This document shows positions 12,658 through 26,298 of a DNA stretch of 64,000 nt, piece after piece. The stretch is from Octopus bimaculoides (Eukaryota). The DNA lies in assembly GCF_001194135.2 (NCBI RefSeq), contig NC_068981.1:33294375-33358374 (forward strand), in the 5' to 3' direction. The stretch's first letter is position 1; each line of letters begins with the position of its first letter. The translations under genes and the position numbers were made by a program. The notes under the pieces are model-generated. The model was not told where the DNA came from and made no database searches. It saw nothing but the letters and a program-made list of their open reading frames with translations.

Positions 12658-15600
12658 CATTAACTATTCATTGCAAACATTATACTCTCCTTCTAAATTG
12701 GCCATCATATTCTAAATTACTATTTTATTAATATTCTAAATATCAACTGTGAACACTCAAACCTCATGTCCTTTCCTTTACAGAAACAAATTTCTCCAGT
12801 CTATTTCCTTTATTCTTAATTGCTCTACACACCTAAAGAAAATAAGGAAGACTCTATGTGATCACTCAACTTGCTATAAATAGCAGCTAAATCTCTCTCT
12901 GATCACATTTCTGCCTACTTATTGACTAACCTTTTCTGTTACCTAAATATCTTTCTAAATTTTTCTTCATGTATACCTTATTGCTACAATCTTAGTCATA
13001 AGCCAAAGCTTTCTATACCCCAAAATAATCAAAGGCTGATATATCAATGTCCACTATCTATTTATTCCTCCTTATTCTTTTGTTCTGCTCACAAAAACTA
13101 ATCAAGAGCAGAAAGTAAAGTCTTTGAAATTTTTAATGATCTGCATCAAACACATTACCCAAGCATAGCACCTACATTAATTAGAACTTCCACCAATATA
13201 TGATACTGTGATGATATTTAACAACATCAAATACAAACCACCACCACCATCATCATCATTTTTACAAATGCTTCCATGCTGGCATGGGTTAGGCAGGTCT
13301 CCACAGACCAAGTCATCTTTCATTGGAGGTTACTGCTTCCAAAGTTTGGGTGCTCATAAACAGTACATGGCTTAGTTTCTATGGCTCGGTGCTCTTCTTA
13401 ACAAAAACCACTTTACAGAAAGTACTAGATGCATTTTCTTATGGCACCAATGTTAGAGAGGTAAAATAGTCCTTAACAAGACAAGATTAGGGAGATCACA
13501 TAATTCAACATTTTCTCTGGTCATACATGCAACTATTTTGGCTATGTTGTTCCCTCTACTGTTAAAACTACATACAAAAATCATATTATAAAGAGAACTA
13601 AATTAAAACCTTCAATCAAAATTTCACATTAATTTGAACAGTAAGGGGAACAATAATGAGAGAAAGAAAGGCCAGGAATGATTATTTGTAAGGAGGTGAG
13701 ACAGCAATGACATAAAACAGATGAGAATAGGTGGGAGGGTAGAAAGAATGTATCGGAGGAAGAAAATAAGGATATGTCAGGGCTGTGTGGAAGAGTGATT
13801 GGCAATGGCAAATGCAGATTCTAATGATTTAAATCTTAATTTTAAAGGTTCTGCTCACTACGTACAGCTCATCATTACTTACAGACAGTTTTATTTTTTC
13901 TTAGAAAACATCAAATATTTTTCGATACCATGTCAAAAAGGTTTGGATTACAGTAATTTGAAGTGCAGTCTTAATTGTTGTTTCTCATTGATGGTTTTTC
14001 CCAAATATTTTACATATTTAACTAAACATAAACTAAAAGACTTTTAAATCATTCACAATCATATCTCAATATGATTCATAAAAGGCATTTCACCATATAA
14101 GAATTGCATTATCAACTAACATTCAATANNNNNNNNNNNNNNNNNNNNNNNNNNNNNNNNNNNNNNNNNNNNNNNNNNNNNNNNNNNNNNNNNNNNNNNN
14201 NNNNNNNNNNNNNNNNNNNNNNNNNNNNNNNNNNNNNNNNNNNNNNNNNNNNNNNNNNNNNNNNNNNNNNNNNNNNNNNNNNNNNNNNNNNNNNNNNNNN
14301 NNNNNNNNNNNNNNNNNNNNNNNNNNNNNNNNNNNNNNNNNNNNNNNNNNNNNNNNNNNNNNNNNATATATATATATATAAATATATATACATATTAAAC
14401 AGACACATACACATGTCCTTATTTATATTAATTTAAGCAACATGTTTTAAGCAATTTTGCAAAAATATGCTAATTTTAGCTTTAAATATATAATTACAAA
14501 TATTATGAATTAAAGAGAGAAAAATATGTTAAAATATATGATAAAAATGACAATGAAGCTGGTCAAGAAAAAATACATTTAATTAAAAAACGATAATTGC
14601 TTTCATGTTCTTCATCTCTTAGAATCAAATATTAAGGTCTTTGAGGATAAAAAGAAATTAGTAAATGGAGAAAGATATTTAGTTAATAAATACAAATATG
14701 TAAAATTGATTACACAGATTTTAATGTAAATGAAAATATACACTATAAGCACTAATTTGAGACAGAAAAGAGAAAAATATCTGCTGGCACTACTTAAATA
14801 TATCTATCACTTGTAATGTAATAATAGTAAAACAATTTCTAGTCCCTGATTCCAAATGGAATAATCGATAGACACATGGCCTGAGTCCTGTCAGTGGGCC
14901 TATTTCTGTTTCCAGACTCAGATTGTGCTTATAATGTCTAATACCAACTGCAAGTGTATTTCAAAGTGTTAATGTCAATACCACACATAAATCCTACTAT
15001 TGGTATTAAAATATTCATATTTAGTTTCATGAGTTATGAAAAGGGGTAAAGATAAATAGATTAGGAAGCTATTAATGAAGTACATGCTTTTAGTAAAATA
15101 GATACTTTTTTTCTTTTATTGGGATTAATTCTGAGATTTTGTAAGGAAGACGAAAGGGAAGGTGTAATATTCATATAAAGTTGTAAATTCCCAAAGGAAT
15201 TAGTAATGTGAGAGAAGAACTTTGAATTGCAAATCAAAATTCCAGTAACCAATTCTTTCCACAGTTTGCTTTAACATAATAGAGCTGGCAACATTTTAGG
15301 AGAGTGAAAATTTCTTGTTTTTGTGAGTGTAGGATGGGAATTGGTACAGCAGACTGCTGTGAGTAACTAATACTTATTTTTCTCCAATCCAGAGGATGAA
15401 AAAGTTAATGGATCTTAGTGAGAATTTAACTTAAAACAGGGAAGTACTAAACTAGCTATAAAAAAATATGTTGTATGCTTACATAGAAAAATAATAATAA
15501 TGACAATGAATTAATATCATTTTAATTTTAACACATACCTGACTTTAATTTGGATTTAACACTGAAAGCATTACATAAGCTTTCACTTATTTAACTGTTA

Positions 15601-16479
15601 AATAAAATGTGATTAATAATTTTACACCTCCATCATAGAAGAGGGATCTTAGCTATTTTAGAATACACAAAATCTGTCACATTTACTTTTTGATTTATTT
15701 CTTAGGGTGTCAAAATTGAATGTAAGAGATTTTATAGATCCTGTTCTTAAATGGCTGAAGTGGCTCTTCTACCATGTAATTGCTCCAGTGTCAACATACA
15801 CTCTCAGATCAAGTCATTTGTCAAGCAAGTATAACTCTAATAAAAATTCACTTACATTACAACTGAAAATTATACATCTTGGTAATTCAATCACTAATAT
15901 TCAAACAAGTTATAAATAATAAAGAGTTCCAACAGTGAAACATCCAAGGAAAAAATAATATGCATTTATCCATTCAGTTATATAGAACCTTTAGTCTAAT
16001 ACTCCATTCTCTTGGTTGCTTTGATAATAAACAGTAATATGATAGAAATTCAAATAGTTACTTCAAGATAAAATTCTTAAAACAAAAGTAAATTTAGAAG
16101 TTTTATATTAAATTTCATATAAAATATCAAACATTTAAGTCTAATCTTTAATATTTTAGCTTCATTCCAACAATTAGTCATGTAAATTCATGCATGACAT
16201 CAAATTTTATCTTAGATCATAGAGCTATCAGTTCAAAGAAAGCTAACAGTTAAACCTTTCTTACTGAAAAGTAAAATAAGAATATAATACAAAAATACAG
16301 TTTTGGAAATATGTTCAATAAATGATGATTGTAAAATTACATTTCAACTAATATATTTTCTCAAATGAATATAATCATGTTTTGCAGGATTTTTAACATT
16401 TCATTGGGAAATATTAATAAAATATGATACATGAAATTGAAATTAGAACAGGTCAAAGTTCTCTATTATATACTTGGCA

Positions 16480-16948
16480 CAGCAAATAACATTCTGTAAA
16501 ACAGATTTGGTTAGAAAGTCTGTTGGATATAAAATTAAGGCACAAATAAAAGGGAAAAGCACAAGACGAAAAAGATGAGAAATATTCAACAAGTTCTTGA
16601 AGATATCAATGAAAAAGAATTATTCATTGATAACTTGATTAAACTCTAGGGCTTTGTGAGTAGAGAAAAGGAAAACAAATGGGTAAATCTTGTTTCTATC
16701 ATGCAATCTATACAACATCATCTAACAACACTACAAACAGAAGCAGTAAACAGTGTGCTGAAGAAGAGACAAAGAGTAACAAAGAAGAAGAAGAAAATGA
16801 TGAGGATGATAATAATAATAATAATGGCTTTGTAAATTAACAATCTGGTGTGTTTATTTTAATGGCCTACCAATGTATACTGTGAGTTTCTTTGCCCTAG
16901 GTGTTGGGAAGACACTCAGTAAGAAATGGAAACAAAATTGAAAGAAGT
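16480..16948 (+). mobile_element. Possible very decayed RLE/R4-like 3' end abutting (TAA)n
   Basis: Weak LGFVSREKENKWVN segment and a non-microsatellite 3' segment ending directly in the long (TAA)n tract. The similarity is faint. Confidence 0.25.
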
Positions 16949-16949
16949 A

Positions 16950-17039
<90 letters not shown>

Positions 17040-17046
17040 TATAATG

Positions 17047-17078
<32 letters not shown>

Positions 17079-17079
17079 T
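16949..17079. repeat. (TAA)n microsatellite
   Basis: Direct reading; other long tracts are (TAA)n at about 1480-1590 and (GAT)n at about 54156-54223. Confidence 0.95.
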
Positions 17080-17535
17080 AGATCATTTTGTTTAAATTAT
17101 TATCACAGAAATTAGAGTTGTTAAAGATATTTTTTAACATTTCAATATATTTGTATAATTTTGTGTATAAGGAAGACTATAAAAAGGCAGACAACATAAA
17201 ATAAATAACAGAAGGTCAAATAAAAATTGAAGGTCAAGGCAGGTGAGAAAAGGACAGAAGCACATTCCTGCTGGTGTAACAAGGAGGCTTAATACCATTC
17301 AGCTACATACCAAGAAAAGTTCGGCCTGGCAGTGTGTTGGCATGGCAACATGATGTTGTATGTGAAGAATAACATTCTTCTGTTTTGAGGCATTTTTTCC
17401 CATCTGCTGGCAGGACACAAATACAGAGAGAAGAAAAAGTTAAGAGAACCACCCAGAATTGGGACAATATAGCACACGAAGTGACATTGGTGAGAAATTA
17501 AGGAGACAATTAAAAAGAAATTACGTACACACATA

Positions 17536-18780
17536 CAGGGTGCAATGGGTAAATTGTCGCCATTTCATATTTTTAATTTTGCGTATGCACATTATTTGTT
17601 TTTGATTTTGTCGACTACACTGTATAGTAGGATCAGTTGGGCACTGTCTGTGAGAAAAACACCATGACACAATTCACTCTGCCAGAAATTTTGGAAACAA
17701 CATGGTGTACTACTTGGCATTTGTGCAAGAAGCTCAAATATGAACATTTCAGAGTGTTTGGGTGTTAATCTGAGGACAGTGCAGAGGATTCAGAAAGTGT
17801 TGGATGAGTCTAATGGTGATTACGAAGGTACAGCAGCTTGGAAAACTCACTCTGATCATTCTGGTAAGAAAATAACTCCTCAATTCGTTGGTGAGATCTA
17901 GGCCATGATTGACAATGATCCCTCCAAGTCAATCAGGTCCATCGCCAGGGACATGGGTGTGTCTGAGTTTCTTATGAGGCAGGTAGTGCATGAAGACATT
18001 CAGTATTCCTCATATGAGATGAGAAAAGGCCAATTTTTATTCCAAGCTACCAAGGACAAGAGGAAAGACCGTGCTTTGGAGCTTTTGAACAAATTCAAGC
18101 ATCCCCTCCAACCAAACATGCAGAAAAATATTTCTGTCTGGATCAGATGGTGAACACAGAACAACAAAACATGTACCGAGAGTGATAAAAATTAAACATC
18201 CAGTCAACATCATGGTATTTGGAGTGATCACTTGTGATGGTGTGTGATGGTGATGTTATGCTTCCATTCATCTTCCCACATGGCCTCAAACTCAACATGG
18301 AGGCCTACATTGAGTGCCTGGAGGAAGTAGTGCTGCCCTGGGTCAAGAAGGTGACTCTGCACCATGCCACACAAGCAGGAGAACCCAGTCATGGTTGTCA
18401 GATAATTTCTGCAACACACCACCCCTTACATCTGGCCACTTAACTCTCCAGACTACAACCCCCTTGATTATTATGTGTGGGGGCACAGTTGAGTGAGAGA
18501 CCAACAAAACTCCTTGTAACACCAAAGATGAACTGAATGCAAGAATTATGGCAGCGTTCACCAAATTAAACAAGGAGACCATCCAGAAGAGTTGCAGGAG
18601 ATTTCAAAGTCGTCTGGAAGCCGTGGTTGAAGCCAATAGCGATGTTATTAAATAAAAATTTACTCTTTGGTATTTCAAGATATTTTTATGTAATTTTGGT
18701 AAATATATCTGTTAAAATGAGAAATCAGTGTTATTTTCATTTTTGCATAATTTAGACGACAATTTATTCACTGCACCCTG
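17536..18780 (+). mobile_element. Tc1/mariner superfamily, maT (DD37D) element, decayed
   Basis: 24-bp TIRs CAGGGTGCAATGGGTAAATTGTCG (17536-17559) and 18757-18780 (3 mismatches), with TA on both flanks. Transposase remnants: SIRSIARDMGVSEFL..., DSAPCHTSRRTQSWL...WPLNSPDYNPLDYYVWG. After repairing one 1-nt deletion, 37 residues separate the 2nd and 3rd Asp. Confidence 0.92.
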
Positions 18781-18928
18781 TATATATATAGGAAAAAAGT
18801 ATGATAAGAAGCAGTTTACATTATTCCCCACACACATTTTGCCACTGAGGCTATTCGCATCATTGGCAGTGGATGTTCATAGTGCATTCAATGCTGTTCC
18901 CCAACAGTTCTTCAATGGAACACTTTTT

Positions 18929-18964
<36 letters not shown>

Positions 18965-19091
18965 GGACTTGCTTTGGGTTATTGACTTTGGGTCAATTGA
19001 TGTGGATCTTAAAATGCATTTTACTGAATGCATTACCTGAAAATAACTTTATAATTGCCATATAAATGTGAATATATATAAGAGCATTATA

Positions 19092-20014
19092 TCAGGTCAT
19101 TAAAAATGAAATGTCCGATTTTCTTATGCACCAAGTTTGACAATCATTAACTCTAATGTTTTATCCTGACAATTCTTTGTTTTATAACGTTGAAGATTTA
19201 CATCATAACTTTTCGAAATGCAATTCATGGTTTCTGATTATATTGTAAATTTTTGTGAACCTATGGGTAGATAAAACATTTGTGTTATTTATGAATATGA
19301 GTTCTGTCATGGAACCAATGCATCCCAGACAGCTCGACACATCAATGAGGTATTTGGTGAAGATGTGGAGAACAAGTGCACTGTATACTGATGGTTTGAG
19401 AAGTTCCGGTCTGGTGACTTTACTCTTCAAAATCAGCCCTATGCCAAACAACAATCCAAAAAAGAATATTCACCAAAAAAAGCTAATGGTGTCTGTTTTG
19501 TGGTCCAGCGCTGGAGTCATCTACAACAGCTTCATGAGACCTGGCAAGTCAATTACAGCGGATGTATACATCAACCAATTGGATGAAATGATGAGCAAAC
19601 TTGCAATTAAACAATCGAGATTGATCAATAGTGACAGGCCAAATTTCTTGCAAGACAATACGACCACATGTCGCACAAAGAACGCTACTCAAGTAACTGA
19701 ACTTGGAAGTACTCTGTCATCCACCATATTCACGAAACCTTGCACCAACTGACTATCATGTTTTCTAGGCATTAAACAACATTTTGCAAGGAAAAAACTT
19801 CAAATCTGAAGAAGATGCAAAAACAGCCTTTCATGATTTCATCACCTCTTACTCGCCAGAATTTTTCACTACTGACATAAATAAGCTACTGATAAAATGG
19901 CAAAATTGTGTCGATAATTTAGGTGCATACTTTGATAAACTGCATTGCTTTTTGTTGAAATAAAGTAAAATAACTTTCAGTTCAAAATCGGACATTTCAT
20001 TCATAATGACCTGA
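19092..20014 (+). mobile_element. Mariner element, internally deleted and frameshifted
   Basis: 31-bp TIRs TCAGGTCATTAAAAATGAAATGTCCGATTTT (19092-19122) and 19984-20014 (2 mismatches), with TA flanks. Remnants KKLMVSVLWSSAGVIY...QLDEM...LQDN and, in another frame, CHPPYSRNLAPTDYHVF (mariner YSPDLAPxD motif). Only 923 bp. Confidence 0.92.
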
Positions 20015-20041
20015 TAGTTTGCTTGAAGCATTGTAATATTG

Positions 20042-20340
20042 AAGAAGGTAAAAAGAGAAGAAATAGAAAGCTTCTGACAATGCTGAAAGCTTAATAAAAC
20101 CTTTATATTTCAAGCACAAAGGTCCATCTTCAGAAGAAAAAGCAAAGTCTGAGAAAAGGCCAGTTATATAGGTTCCATTAATGCATTTGAATGGGTAATC
20201 AGAACATACGTAACTGAGTCAACCACTCAGACTGTTTTTATTTTTCTTCTGAAGATGGGCCTTTGCACCTGACATATAATGGTCTTATCAAACTTTCCGC
20301 ATTGTCAGCAGCTTTCAATTTTCTCTCTTTTTACCTTCTT
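20042..20340. mobile_element. ~300-bp palindromic element with hammerhead-like cores (possible Penelope-like pseudo-LTR relic)
   Basis: Arms 20042-20153 and 20226-20340 are diverged reverse complements. Each contains CTGAAGA-stem-GA(A/C)A-TATA. The inverted repeat is directly visible; the family assignment is inference. Confidence 0.55.
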
Positions 20341-20344
20341 TATT

Positions 20345-20384
<40 letters not shown>

Positions 20385-20712
20385 GTGCAAAAATTATAAC
20401 ATAAAGATGAAGGAGAAATCAAACAACAGAAAAAGTCTTTTATTTTTTTGAGCAAATGATCTTCTACAGAAAAAAAATAGACAAGGAGATAAATGAAAGT
20501 TGAGAGAGAAAAGACGAAACATGCCTCAATCAGCTGATTACCAGTGGTTTCACACAGGTCTAAATTGCAACCGAGAGAACAGAAAAAGTACTCAATACTG
20601 TTCGGCTATGCAGAATAACATTTAATCAAAAATGACATTGTGTAAGCCAATATACATCTCTTATTCTTGAACTTCAGGTGACACTCTGTGTGTGTGTGTG
20701 TGTGTACACATG

Positions 20713-20748
<36 letters not shown>

Positions 20749-21239
20749 CCATCGTCATCCTCACTGCCACTTTACATCTGCTCTCTTGCTGGCATGGACA
20801 GGATGGGCCAGCAGAGTCTGAATCAGTTCTGCCTCCCAAGATAGGTCAGAGGACTACATTTCACTTGTACATGACATATATGACTTGGTTTCTATGGCTA
20901 GATGCTCTCTCTATCTCCAACCACTTTACACAGTGCACTGGATGCATTTTATTCTCTATATAATATACATGCATATACACACATACATGCAAATATGATT
21001 TCCCATCACTGATGATCCCTCATGATAACATCATATATGTTACATTGCCAAAACAACATCTCAGACATGGTGCTGCTGCTAAATATACAAGAATCTTAGG
21101 TCAGCCACATTCGAAAGAAAGTCATTCAATTGATTAACAAGCAATCATTGAAGACATCCAACAACCCCTGAGTCACATGACTCTCTCCCTCTCTCTCGCT
21201 CTACATATATATATATATATGTATGTATGTGTGTGTGTG

Positions 21240-21283
<44 letters not shown>

Positions 21284-24200
21284 AACATTGCCTTCTCCTT
21301 AGAACTACCTGCATATCACCAGCATCTTGGCCCAACCAATACATTTGTTTTTCTCTATATCATCATCCCTACAGTGACTCACTCCATGATCCTGCCCTAA
21401 ACAAATTTCCCAATTATTCCATTCCAGATTTGCAGATCCATTGAATATTCCACATCAATTTCATTTTTCTAGCAGACACTGAACAGAGCCTTATTGCATT
21501 AGTGTGACTACTTCAGAAGTGCTTCAGAAATTTATAGACACTACTACACTACTCCTCTATTTAACTCATACGCACACACACACACACATATATAAAGAGA
21601 GAAAATACATTAACTAGAGTCAAGGTACCATCAGCAAAAAATAGATTAGTGTATTAACATATTTAATATAGTGAGTATTAAAAAAGTTAACAAGGAATAA
21701 TTATGTAGTGAAGTAAAGACAACATTACTTAATGACTAATGTTATACTTGGCATTCATGAGAGAGAGCGTTGGATGTGTTTTGGTCTTAGTCTCAGCAAA
21801 CCATAGACGTCACCATATTTGAAGAAGTATTAAAGAGAGAATCAACATTTTCTTCTTAATTCTTTCATAGTGTGTGTGTGTGTATGTGTGTGTGTGTGTG
21901 TACATGCACACTCTAGAGACTAACTTATTAGCATAATTCTGATGAATTTAACTACTTTATAAATAGAGATCAATAAAGGGAGTTCCAGTCTAAAGAACCT
22001 GTGCCAGTATAATTGATTAAAACCCTTTTAGACAGAGCCCCATCATGTCACAGTCCACTGATTGAATCCATAAAAAAAAAATAGAATAAGACATATAGCA
22101 ATTATACAGGGTGTCTATAATGTCTGGGTACACGGAGTAAATAAAATCATAACATAAACAATTAAATATAAGAAATGATAATTTCTTAAAGTATGTGTTA
22201 ATCCCCATGTACCCAGACTTTGTGGACACCCTGTAGTATGGAAGACTCATATCAGTCATTCAAAAACATACAAAAGCTTTTAACCTTGATTACGTTAACC
22301 CCTGCCTCCACCTCCACCCCCCAGTGTTCAACTGGTACATATTTTATGAATCTCAAAAGAATGAAATGCAAAGTTGACCACAGTGGAATTTAAACTCAGA
22401 ATGCAAAGTGCTAGAAGACACCACTAAGCATTTTGTCTGATGCACTAATGATTCTGCTGGTTCACCACCTTTATAGACTCAATGCCAGTTATAAAGATCA
22501 GATAACCATGGTTATTGTTAAAGTTCTGAAAATGAGTTTATCCATGTATTTGCTTTTCAATTTTTTTTTACAACCACTGTCTTTGTTTAGGTTGAAAATG
22601 TTATGCGGTTCATTAGACCTTAAGTACATATGCCTGTAGTTTTGATAGTGAACTTAATCCATCACCTGCTTTAATGGAACTCTTGAGTACTTTTAGATGT
22701 CTAAATTGTTGCAAACATTTAAACCAGATCTCCAGCTTCCCTCTCCCCTACCAGTCCCAGAAGGTTTATAATCCTGACTAAGCCATAAAAATATAATAAT
22801 ACTATGGCATAAATATTTTAAAATCAATAAAAAGAATTATTCACGAAAGAACATTAAAATATTCATTATTAATGTGCTAAAGTCAGCTCATAACTACCAA
22901 ACAGCTAACTCAGTATTCCATAATGATCAGAAATATTGATTTATCCTTTTCCATACTCTGTTTCTAACTAAAATGCACCCTCATGGTTCTGTTTTTACTT
23001 AAATTTTAATATAATTCAGTTTTGTAAAATAACCATAACTTCATATTTATTTATATAGTAAACAGGTGTTTCAAGCCAACATTACAAAAAGTTCTTTTAT
23101 AAATGTTTTATAAGTTTGTCTCAAAACTACTCGAATTCTTAATAAAACTTAAACTAAGCTTTCAAATTTTGTTTAAATATCATCATTTAAATGAATTATT
23201 AGTCATTAGTATATTATGATATGTAGCTTACTAAATTCCCATTATTATGTTGGGCAAAGATAGCAAGGAGGCAGAATAATGAGCACACCAGACAAAAATG
23301 CTTAGCAGCATTGAGTTCAAATGTTGCTGAGGTTGACTTTGCCTTTCATTCTTTCGAGGTTCAGTCAAGAACCAGTCAAGTATTAGGATCAATGGGATTC
23401 ATTTACCCTCTCCCCTAAAATTGCTGGCCTAAGGCTGTCGTTTTTCCTTTCTTTAAATTTTGCATAGAGTCAACCTCTGCTGTTATTATATGAAACACTT
23501 AAACAGATAAACAGTCAATGATGGCTTTTCAGTTATAAGGACAACTGTTTGGATCCACTTTCTTCTGAATATTTTTGAAGAGGAATATCTTAAAATATTT
23601 TATTCCATTCTTTATTATGGAAATTGCAGCAATCTCTAATGCTGTTCCAGTTGTTTACACACTCAGATGTTTCAGACATTTTTTTTTCTTTTTTTTTTTT
23701 TGCTGCATGTGAAAATCCTTTAGAATCATTAATAAAACTCGTAAAGCTTATATGATTTTGTGTAGTCTTAAAAAAAAGACACAAGATAGAAATAAAGAAA
23801 TAAAAAGGATTTGTGAAAATATTTAAAAATCCTGAAACCACAAAAATTCATATTTAAAAGTGTCTGATGGTGTTCATTATAAATGCACTAGAATCAATTC
23901 ATGAGAACCTAAAATGCAACTGGTGATACGTTCTTTGAACAACAGCCATATTTTGTCTTCAAAATACTAGATAAGTAACTTTAAAAATACCCCCAAACCC
24001 CTAAACCTCAGTATTTCATAAAGATGAGAACTATCTATTTCAGGGCAGTTTTTAAACATGAAATCCCTGATGAGAACTGTTTAATATATTGGTAATAGAA
24101 TATTCACTTACACTGTATATTACAAGTATTTAGAGGGTTGTGAGTGAAGTGAATCAAGGTGTTTGGGAAGTGACATGAGGTATTAGTTACTGAGGGAGAG

Positions 24201-24313
24201 AAATGGTTTAAGTGTTAGATGGTAGGAGAAGAGGCTGGTTGTTTCATGTTGATAAATTATTTACATATTTTGAGTTTTTGTAACACACACACATCACCAC
24301 CACTATATATACA

Positions 24314-24348
<35 letters not shown>

Positions 24349-24931
24349 TGCATGCCCATGCAACAGGCAGAGAATGCATGTTAATGTTTTATGTTTATCA
24401 TTGTTGTTGTATATACCAGGGTCAACACTGATTGAGCAGACGTATGATGGGGTCCTAGTCTCCTAATAATGACCACCCAGGGTTGTATATGTAGTCTAAG
24501 ACTACATATCCAATGAGAGTGTTAAGACACGATCTAACTGACATTTGGTAATATTTTCTACCAAGTTGAACAATCACAAAGTGGATCTCTCATTGGTGTG
24601 AGTGGAGTTATTTGTGTTTGTAGTATACATTCACTAAAACATAACCATCTCCATTCACTGTTTTGCAGATGAAAACGTTTTAGGTTGCTTGCTATGTTTA
24701 TCTTTAATGAACAAAGAATAGATGAACTGGAACATATTTCAATTTCTTGTAACTTAAGTATAGCAGAAAAAGAAAGAGCCTTTAGCAAAAGGAATCCAGT
24801 AGACTGTGGTTAGAATATATAAGAAAAATTCATGAACTCAATCGAGCAGAAAAATGAAATGATGTAATGAAAACCTTAGAGAAAACACTGTGTGTGTATG
24901 TGTATATATATATATATATATATGTATATAT

Positions 24932-25205
24932 CATCATCATCATCATCATCGTTTAATGTCCACTTTCCATGCTAGCATGGGTTGGACGATTTGACTGAGG
25001 ACTGGTGAAACCAGATGGCTACACCAGGCTCCAATCTGATTTGGCAGAGTTTCTACAGCTGGATGCCCTTCCTAACGCCAACCACTCAGAGAGTGTAGTG
25101 GGTGCTTTTATGTGTCACCGGCATGAAGGCCAGTCAGGCGGTACTGGCAATGGCCACGCTCAAAATGGTGTATTTTATGTGCCACCCGCACAAGAGCCAG
25201 TCCAG
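24932..25205 (-). mobile_element. RTE-tail repeat, young copy truncated by an assembly gap
   Basis: (CAT)n CGTTTAATGTCCACTTTCCATGCTAGCATGGGTTGGACG..., the reverse of the 34.8-35.0 kb tail. Other copies at about 10330, 13250, 20750, 28400, 29870, 44139, 45060 and 61375. Confidence 0.8.
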
Positions 25206-25528
25206 NNNNNNNNNNNNNNNNNNNNNNNNNNNNNNNNNNNNNNNNNNNNNNNNNNNNNNNNNNNNNNNNNNNNNNNNNNNNNNNNNNNNNNNNNNNNNNN
25301 NNNNNNNNNNNNNNNNNNNNNNNNNNNNNNNNNNNNNNNNNNNNNNNNNNNNNNNNNNNNNNNNNNNNNNNNNNNNNNNNNNNNNNNNNNNNNNNNNNNN
25401 NNNNNNNNNNNNNNNNNNNNNNNNNNNNNNNNNNNNNNNNNNNNNNNNNNNNNNNNNNNNNNNNNNNNNNNNNNNNNNNNNNNNNNNNNNNNNNNNNNNN
25501 NNNNNNNNNNNNNNNNNNNNNNNNNNNN

Positions 25529-25580
<52 letters not shown>

Positions 25581-26029
25581 AGAGAGAGAGGGGGGTCGAG
25601 CAGTTTCTCTAAGGTGTAGGTAATACAATTTCATCTTATTGTTCCATTGCATTCATGCATATGCATATATGCAGATGTGCATATGTGTGTGTGAAATGAA
25701 AGCTGTTCATTATATCTATTTATATATCTATATGTTGAGACTTGTGGGTAGTGCAAGCTCTCAATGAGACCAAGGGTGTTATGCTGATGGAATGACATGG
25801 TAGATAAAGCTATAACAGCTAATATTTACATCATACTACTTACTCACCAGAAAGTTTCAAAAAGTAACTCAAGGGTTTAGAGTTTCATGCATTAATTACA
25901 CTTATAAGTGTATGAAACTTTCAACCCTTCAGTCACTTTCCTAACATTCAGCTCATTAAGAATCATAAAAGCATATATATATGTTAAAATAAGGATATCA
26001 CTTTAAAGCAGGTATGATTACAACAGTGT

Positions 26030-26298
26030 GGAGGCGCAATGGCCCAGTGGAACCTTGCTGTACTCTTCCACCACAACTTTCTCTCACTCTTTCTTCCTGT
26101 TTCTGTTGTACCTGTATTTCAAAGGGTCAGCCTTGTAATACTGTGTCACGCTGAATATCCCCAAGAACTACGTTAAGGATATACGTGTCTGTGGAGTGCT
26201 CAGCCACTTGCACGTTAATTTCACGAGCAGGCTGTTCCGTTGATTGGATCAACTGGAACCCTCAACGTCGTAAGTGACGGAGTGCCAACAACAACAAC
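26030..26298 (+). mobile_element. SINE family C, internally deleted
   Basis: GGAGGCGCAATGGCCCAGTGG head start; body GTGGAGTGCTCAGCCACTTGCACGTTAATTTCACGAGC; (CAA)n tail. Confidence 0.8.

Noticed and set aside
15539-15561. 23-nt candidate cassette exon with a strong CAG|GTATGT donor
   Set aside because: Not a multiple of 3, and it contains an in-frame TAA in the required phase.
15856-15862. Apparent 7-nt microexon ttttcAG|TTGTAAT|GTAAGT on the PQLC1 strand
   Set aside because: It would shift the frame; no support beyond chance splice-like motifs.
19255-19752. 165-aa ORF as a host gene or domesticated transposase
   Set aside because: It is a frameshift mosaic inside a deleted mariner; only the middle is in the transposase frame and the catalytic motifs are broken.
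24483-24513. Near-perfect 14-bp hairpin (ATATGTAGTC-TAA-GACTACATAT)
   Set aside because: It lies in a decayed copy of a dispersed repeat (related pieces near 12850, 53150 and 54230), is too short for a pre-miRNA, and has no other support.
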